Source: Candidatus Thorarchaeota archaeon (lineage in GTDB: Archaea > Asgardarchaeota > Thorarchaeia > Thorarchaeales > Thorarchaeaceae). From it: a stretch of DNA of 21,155 nt. Below the pieces are notes generated by a model, which did not search any database, was not told the origin of the DNA, and saw only the letters and a list, made by a program, of their open reading frames with translations. This document shows positions 8,801-17,800 of the stretch, one piece after another (the stretch's first letter is position 1; each line of letters opens with the position of its first letter). The stretch covers positions 1 through 21,155 of the forward strand of contig JBHLRZ010000047.1 in assembly GCA_048882045.1 (NCBI GenBank), written 5' to 3'. Both the position numbers and the translations under genes were made by a program.

Positions 8801-11800
8801 ATCACAATGTATTATGGAAATCCGAATATTGATAGTCAAGAAAATGCTCCAGATGTGTGGAACTCTAATTTCAAAGGTGTCTGGCATCTTAGTGAAGACC
8901 CAACCGGAACAATTTACGATTCAAGTGGCAATTTGAATCATGGTACAGGATACAATCTTCAATCAGACGATCAGGTAAGCGGACAGATAGATGGGAGTAT
9001 CGATTTCGACAATGTTCAGGACCATATTGACTGTGGCAACGACAGTTCGTTAAATGTGGGTTCTGTTGATTTCTCACTGTCACTCTGGTTCAAGTATGAT
9101 GGTGTTGACATGGGAGTTCTTGCTGGAAAAGGTGCTGTACTAATGGCTAATCGATATCGACTTAGCATAGAATCAGGCCCAGGAATGTTGATGGCAGAAA
9201 TTGACGATAATACTGTTGCGAAGACCATATTTTCGACTTCAACCTATGGCGATAATTTGTGGCACCATGTTTCTATGGTAAGAGACGGGAACAATCTTCG
9301 GCTATATATTGATGGAGTAGAAGATCCCAATTCTCCAATTGATATTACAGGTTATGGCAGTCTTGACGAGTCGGAGTCATTCTACATTAACGCTTTCCGT
9401 AGTGAGGTCGGTGGTACAATTGGCTATTGGTCTACTGCCAACACAGATGAAGTACGTGTTGCCAAGTTGGCGCTTTCACCGGAATGGATTGCGACTGAAT
9501 ACAGCAACCAAGAGAATCCAGCTAGTTTCTATACTGTAGGACCAGAGATTATTCCAGAGACTGAATATGCACAGACTCTAGAGTTCAAATACAAGAAAGA
9601 GTTGGTAGTTGATCACACAAAAGTCAGCGAAGACCTGGTTGATTTTCCTATGCTTATTGACATCTTTGACAAAGATCTCAGAACTAATGTGCAATCTGAT
9701 GCAGATGATATAATGTTCAAGACTGGGTATGTATGGTGTCCACATGAGATTGTATTCTTCGACAAGACATACAATGAAACACATGCGCATCTTATTGCAT
9801 GGATTAAGACAGATCTTTCCTCAACAATCGATACAACAATCACAATGTATTATGGCAATCCTGAACTAACTTCACAAGAAAATCCAAGTCTTGTATGGGG
9901 CAATTATGTTGGAGCATGGCACTTGGATGAGAGTCCTACAGGACTAGTATATGATAGCAGTCCATTCAACAATGATGGCGTGACTTTAGGATCCATGAGT
10001 GGTTCGGATCTAATTCCAGGTCAAATAGGAAACGGATTCAAATTAGATGGAATTGACGATATGATCAATGTTTCCGAGAGCCCGAGCTTGGATTCAATAA
10101 AATATGCAGGAACACTGTCATTATGGATAAATTGGGTAGATTCCTCCAATGGTGGATATCAGCGTATCATGACCACCAGTGATCGGTTCATATTGAACCC
10201 AACACCACCTCCCACAATTCTCCAAGATGATGGCTTTGAATTCGCAGTACAACCTGATGGGGATAATTACTTCTATCCTTGGGGCGGGAACAGTATTGAT
10301 TACAATCTCGCCACTAATCCATTCACAAATAGTATATGGCATCATCTTGCAGTCACGTTGGATTACTCTTCAAAATCCGTCGTGATATACCTAGATGGGA
10401 CACCATTATCTTTTGCAATCGAGAATGTACCAACAGAGTGGACACAACTAGCCTCGCTAGGCGACTGGTTATGGGGTGCAAATCAACTTGATGCAGCAAG
10501 TCACTTCCAGGGCAGGTTTGATGAAATTCGAGTTACTACTGCTGTGAGATCTGAAGGGTGGATGATAACAGAGTACAATAACCAGTACGATCCGGAATCA
10601 TTCTATTCTGTTGGGGTTGCGGAGCAAATCAGTGGAAGTGGATATATATTCACAACGAATTCAGACACTAGTGTCACAATCGGAGCTGAACTTTCGCTTG
10701 GAGTTCAAACCACGACACTCAGTTATGCAGACGATTTCTCATTAGGTTCATCATTCTCAATAGTAAATGGCAGCCTCCCAATCTGGTCAGCTAATGTATT
10801 GGTATCCCCACCACCCGAAATAGATGCCTTATCCTTTGAGATATCCTATCCTGAAGGCGAATGGTGGCCATTTTCGGTTAAGACTCCATCAGGTGTCGAG
10901 AAGTCGTTCACGACAGATTGGACATGTTTTGATGGTAAACTGATTGTTGAATCAACAGCGATTGATGAATATGGCATGTGGAAGATACAGTTCTTGGATC
11001 GAAATCATGTCCTTGACATGCAAATGGGTCCAAGTGGAGGACCCTATTCCTCCAGTGATAAGTTCGCAGTCGGGGATAATATCCAATTCAGGACGTATAG
11101 TTCTGGAATTACAGGGTCAACAATCTCTCTTGAACTGACAGACCCAACAGGCTCAACATGGTACACTGGAACCACAACATTTCAGGGAGAGAGATTCACT
11201 CTACCTTATTACCACAGGAAACACTTGACAATAAGTCAAACAAAGGTTGCGGAGGATCTTGTTAACTTTCCTGTATTAGTTGATATTTACGATGCAGATC
11301 TCCGCACAAGCGCTCGCCCTGACGGCAGAGACATAGCATTCACAATTGGTGAAGAAACACTTTCACATGAGATTGAACTCTTCGACCAGACATTCAATCT
11401 GACTCATGCGCATCTAATTGCTTGGGTGAAGGTGCCATTGCTCTCAGGTTCCAGTGACACAGTAATCAGCATGTACTATGACAACCCCTTAGCACCCATA
11501 GTTTATGCATCAGGGTCGGTTTGGGATTCGGACTATGTAGGAGTGTGGCATCTTGGAGAGAGTGGTTCAGGAGTCGTAGATGAATATACAGACAGCAGCA
11601 TCTACAAGAACAATGGGCAAGGTGGCAATGGAAATGTGGGTTATGTACCATCAAGAGTGGCAACACAAATTGGTTATGGACAAAACTTCACCGACCACTT
11701 TATTGACTGTGGGAACGCCACCAGTCTTGATATTACGAACAATCAGATCACGCTTCAGCTCTGGATGCAATATCCATCTGCCACACATCCAAATATGGGT

Positions 11801-14800
11801 CCATTCAATCACAAGGGGTGGTACAGTGGCTATCGATTTACAATGTCGCAGAATAGTCAAAACATGAGAATCAATCTAGGACCTAGACCTACTGGTGGCA
11901 CCTATGATTTGGGTACTAGTCAAAACATTGCACCTAATGCCTGGCATCATGTAGTCGCTACTTATGATGGCTCGCTTGTGAAATTCTATATTGACGGGAG
12001 CCAAGACGCAGCAACAATGGAGATGACAACCAACATACTATCAGCACTTCCAGACTCATTCAGAATTGGACATGCAGACCAACCAGAGGGAAAAGCATGG
12101 ACCTTCCCATGGCTTGGCCAAATTGACGAAGTACGCATTTCTAATATTGCGCGTTCTGGTGAGTGGATTCAGACTGAGTTTGAGAACCAGAATAATCCAA
12201 GTGGTTTCTATTCTGTTGGAGCAGAGGAGGATATAGGGTATTCAGAGTCAGCTTCGATAAATTTGGATACCTCAGCTCCCGCAGGAGTTTGGCATTCTAC
12301 AGCACGATACAGTGACAGTAGTTCTGATGTTAATTATAGAGCGGGTTTGTTTACTCGAAGCTTCATCGTGAAACGTGGAACCTCATTGAGCCTAACAGCT
12401 CCAGGTGATGCAGTAGGAGATGGGATTACAACAAAACTCGTTGGCGAGCAACTCTATGTTGAGTTTGAGCTAGAAGATGCATTGGATGCAACTTTAGTCA
12501 GTGGAGCGACAATATCCATGAACTGGAGTGTCAGTGGTGTACCAACAGATGTGCAGCTTAACGATTATGGAGATGGGAGGTATGGAAAGACACTCAACAC
12601 AACTGATTTGGATACATATGGAAGATGGCGAATAGATATTGAATCATCACATCCATTCTATAACAATGCAACAGATTTCTTCTATCTGGATCTCTCCCAT
12701 CGGACATTCTTGACATATGCACCTCCACTCGATGTACCATATGGGGATAATCTTGAGATACGATTGACATTGAAAGACAATTTTGATAATACTCCATTAA
12801 CAGGTGCCATTATTTCCTGCAATGGAACAATTGTAGGTCTACCAACGGACTATGGCAATGGAACATATCTTGTGACAATTGATAGCACAGGTCTCTCAAC
12901 TGGAGAGCATGTATTTAGGTTCACAGCAACTCCAGATACTTCATACCTTCTGAGTAGCAGTATAGACGTCCAATTCACTTACCGACCTATTGCTACTGAA
13001 GTTACACCTCTTACACCCGACACTGTTGATGCCCCTTGGGGCCAGCAAGCTAATACTAGTGTTTACTGTTATGACGTTGACCATGCAGAAATTGGGGTGG
13101 ATGGGGGATTATTCTCGATAGAGCCAGCTACCCAGATCTTGACTTATGATGATGGTGGTGGCTACTATAGCTTAACAATCGACGTGAGTTCCTTAGCTCC
13201 TGGAATTTACTACTTCAATCTGACATTCTCAAAACTGAATTACCAATCATCAATGTCCACAATAAGTATCACAATTCTCCCTCACAGTACAACGCTAAGT
13301 GTAGACCATAACTCCAGTATACCAGTTGGAACCGACGTTTACTTCGATATCTATTGGTTGGATCTGAATCTTGACTCAGTTGTAATTGGTAACGGTAACC
13401 TTAGTCAGGTGAGCTTGGATTGGGGGACAGGAAGTGATAGCTTCTTCGCATTTGGTTTTTGGTTAGATACTAGTGGGTGGGCTGTAGGATCATACTCAAT
13501 CAATGTGACAGTAAGTGCAATTGGAGCTCCAAGATTCTACATTGATTCTTACATTGTTATTCAGCTTGAGATTAGAAAACTGAATGTATACCTTAGTTGG
13601 GATCCACTTGAACCATTTCCAAATGGGAATGACTTTGTTATGTTTGTCTATGTGAATATCAGTGAACCTGGAAATCCAATCGATGGTACACCCATTACAG
13701 GGCTTGATCAGTCTTACTTCAGTGCTACTAACGAAACAGGGGATCCATATACTTTCAAGAGCTTCTCAAACCTCGGGGGAGGTGTCTACCAAATCACAAT
13801 TGATTATACAAGATTCCTTGAGGGGCAGTACAAGATCATTGTCTTTGTCGATTTTCTACCTTCGGAGAACTATATTGATAGAAATACTCCTGAAGTTTTG
13901 TTTACCTACCGTCCAATTCTTACCTACCTATCATCTCCAGACTATCCAACTGTGACAACTAGTTTTGACACAAATGTAACTGTCGCATTATCATATGTCG
14001 ATATCGATCATGTTCAGAATATAACAATCGGAACAATCACTTCTGAGGGAGCATCAATCATCTGGCAACACCTTGGAGATGGAGTTTACGAGGTGTTGAT
14101 AATAGTACAGGGATGGGACCTCGGTGCTCATGAAGTGAATCTTACCGCTGATGCAAATGGATACCAGGCGAAAACTCTGACCTTCCAGATCCTCGTTCAA
14201 ATTGCATACGCATATGCAAGGTCATCAGTTTCCCTCATTGATTTACCCGTCGGGGACACAACAGTGTTCTACGCAGACTATTGGGATATCACACACGATG
14301 AACCAATTATTGGAGCGAATATCAATCATAACTGGACCTATGCTTTGAGTATTACTTGGACTGGAGATCAGTATCGGATTGAACTACCTAGCATGAACGA
14401 CGATTTACTTGGTTCATATCTGATAATGTTCAACTTCTCAAAAGGATCAAACTACCAATTTGGATACTTCAATCTGAGCATCATACTCAGGACTCATCTA
14501 ACAGAGTTCAGACTCGCGGGTGCGGTTGAACCGACAAGCTACAATGCGATGGTCAACATATCTATCTACTGTGGAGACCTCGACAATGATGCCGGTGTAA
14601 TTGAATCTCCAGTTAGCTTTTCAGTTTATGGCGATTCGGGATTGATTCCTGCAACATATGTAAATGATACAGTGCTAGGAAACGGATATTACATTCTAAG
14701 TTTTGCAGCCATAAATTTGGGACCTTCAGGCATCTTTGAACTCACTGTGTACTTCAACTGGACAGGCCCTGTTCAGAAATACTACGATGGGGCACTTGTA

Positions 14801-17800
14801 GCCTCCGTGAAAATAATAGGGGAGGCATCAGATCTCAGTTTGATAGATTCTGCTGAACCCACACCCTATCTCGATAACCTAACATACATCTATCTCTATA
14901 GTGAGCTCTATAGCGGAATCGGTATCTCAAACATTTCTGCACCAGCTGGAAACGTGTTCGTCTATGTTGATTTTGTTGGCTTATCAGTTAGTCCTTCTCA
15001 ATATACAATTAGAGAGGAGATTGGAAACCCAGGTTGTTATTCAGTCGTGTTCAACAGCACGATATTTGGAAGACCTGGAGTATACACCATGATTGTTTAC
15101 GTGAACTGGTCGAGAGGTGTTGATCCGGGGTATGGCAACTGGACCGATACTGTTGCAGTTCGCATCATTCCACGAAGTACTGTAGTAAATCTGATTCCGC
15201 CAGAAAGTACTCCCTTTGGTGTTAATGCAACGTTCTCATTTTCATTCGATGATGTGGCTGAAGCCAGTCCCTACAGAATAGCAAATGGTAGTCAAATGAG
15301 AGTTTCAATCGGATTGCCAGATTATTCAATAATCTATAACGAATCGACAAGGATGTTCCATGTTTCCTTCAATACAAGTGTATTAGGAGCACCTCTAGGA
15401 AGTCGACAATTCACTATTGGTGTAACTTGGAATGGAGAACCATACTATGCCAATGTGACTAGTAGAACAGTAATTGTTAGTGTTAGATTCCGTGAAACAG
15501 AATTTGATTATTCGACTATTAGTCCTACACCTTATGGTGACAATGTGACTCTGCTGCTCACATTCACTGACGTCACATCAGGAAGCAATCAACCAATAGA
15601 TGATGGAGTGGTTACTCTATTCAATGGCACACAAGTGATTCCAGTGTCTGAATATTCCTTCTCTCCAATCGGAAATGGGGAGTATGAGATTGAGTTCAAG
15701 ACAACCTACTTTGCAAAACCTGGCACCTACTCAATTAAAGTAGAAATGAATACAGGTCACTTCTACTATGCTTCAGTAACTGCAACACGATCTCTTAGCT
15801 TACGTTATAGACTAACTGTCCTGCTTATAGAGCCCGTTGCAGAAACACCATTCAACAACTCCCTTGAAGTGATATTTCATTATAGTGATGTGTTAACACT
15901 TGCTGATATTGGGAACGGTTCAACACTAACTAGTATCCGGATTCTGAATGGAAGTTCTTGGATTTTCAATTCAATGTGGCGAAGCGTCTCAGAAGATTAT
16001 CTTCTTACAGTCCAAACGTATAATCAGAATCTTGAGATAGACAAAGAGTATGTTCTTTGGATTGAGGTCAGTTACCCAGACTCCTCGCCATTCTATCTAT
16101 CTTCTGAAACATTTGTTTCGTTTACGTTACGAGAACGACCCACTAGTCTGGAATTGACTACTACCCCAGAACCAACACAATATCTCGAGAATGTCAATTT
16201 CTCGATATATTATGAAGACTCATTGTCATTTGGTGGAATCGCTGGAGCAACAATTACTCTAACAATCAGTGGAATCGATCTGGTGGAAGGAGTGGATTAT
16301 GTACTGGAAAGTCCGGATGAAGGCAGTTATTACATTTCACTCAATACAACAGCTCTTGGCGCAGCTGGAGCAACTGTTAGTCTTGTTGTACAATCATCTT
16401 GGAATGCAACTGCGCCATTCTATTCAACGTCCACCTTAATTCTAAGCCTCAGTGTTACTCAAAGAAACTCAATTGCGGAAATTCTAAGTTCAATACCGCA
16501 GGTCAAATTCCTAGAGAATATCACTTTCACAATTCAGTATAGCGATGTTACAACAGGAAGTGCAATACAGCTCAACAAAAATCAGATGCTAATATACAGC
16601 GAAGGAGATCTATTGCAGATCAATGACTTCTCAATGGTTGATCTAGGAACAAGCTATAAGATATCAATCAATTCTTCGGTATTGAATACGGGATTGGTAA
16701 GTAATTGGAACATTACCTTCTATATAGATTGGCAGAGCAATGTTGCACCATACTACGCAGATGGTCGTGCATCAGCCCGGGTGAGTGTGGTAAACCGAGT
16801 CGGGATTGTAAAGAGTGATACAACGCCCACCGTACCAATCCATGACAACATGACACTGGAGTTCACATATACTGATGACTCAACGCATGCAGGAATCAAT
16901 GGTGCAATTGTAGAATTCGACTGTCTCAGTCCAAGTGGACTCATAGAGGGAGTAGATTTCTGGATCCTTCGAAATGCTGGTAATTACTCAATTCTCGTTG
17001 ATACTGATAGTCTTGGCAGTACTGGAACGTTCACATTTTCTCTTCGTCTACTTTGGAACCCGACCCTAGTACCATTCTATCGAAATACGACAACTATATT
17101 CCTTCAAGGTAGTGTCCGGTTAATTCAGGCTCAACTCACAAATGAAGAACCAGATCCATCGACTGTGCCGATAGATGACAACGTTTCTGTTGTCTTGAAT
17201 TTCCGAGACTTGGATCACGTATCTCCAATCGTTGGAGCAGAGGACTCGTTCTCAGTTGTTTACAAAACAAATGCATCGGGACCAACAACATGGAGTATAA
17301 CTCCAATCTCCCCTGGAGTATATGAACTGATTGTAGACTGTCACGATGCAGGTGCAACAGGGACTAACGCACTCATAATAACATTAACATTTTCAGACTA
17401 TCAGACTGTCGAGATACAGGTCCCATTTCAGATCAGACTCAGACAAGGAGAACTCAATGAACTACCTCCTCCAAGTACATATTTTGGCGAAACAACATAT
17501 GTGATTGTAGAGCTCGTTGACGTGGATGGAGGCAATGCACCTATTGATGGTGCTACTTTGACGATCACTTGGCCAGATATAGGATATACTCCAGATTATA
17601 CATCAATTGGACTAGGTCTATACAATATAACATTGACAACAGCTAGTCTTGATGCAGGTCTCTACACACTTGTGGTAGGTGCTCAAGTAAGTGACTATTT
17701 CATTTCAGATATCTCGGTACCAATTCAGATACGAAGTATACCTACTGAACTCATACTTCCTCAGACCATTTCAGATGTCTACTGGGGTCAGGACATATCA

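Noticed and set aside
4496-12229. Repeats as a CRISPR array, DGR template/variable region, or collapsed assembly repeat
   Set aside because: They are protein-level repeats with many synonymous differences. I saw no identical spaced direct repeats, no adenine-specific variation pattern and no reverse transcriptase in the window.
11201-12229. Intein explanation for the inserted module
   Set aside because: No N-terminal C/S splice motif, C-terminal HN-C/S/T or LAGLIDADG motif. The insert is clearly another DUF2341-LamG copy.
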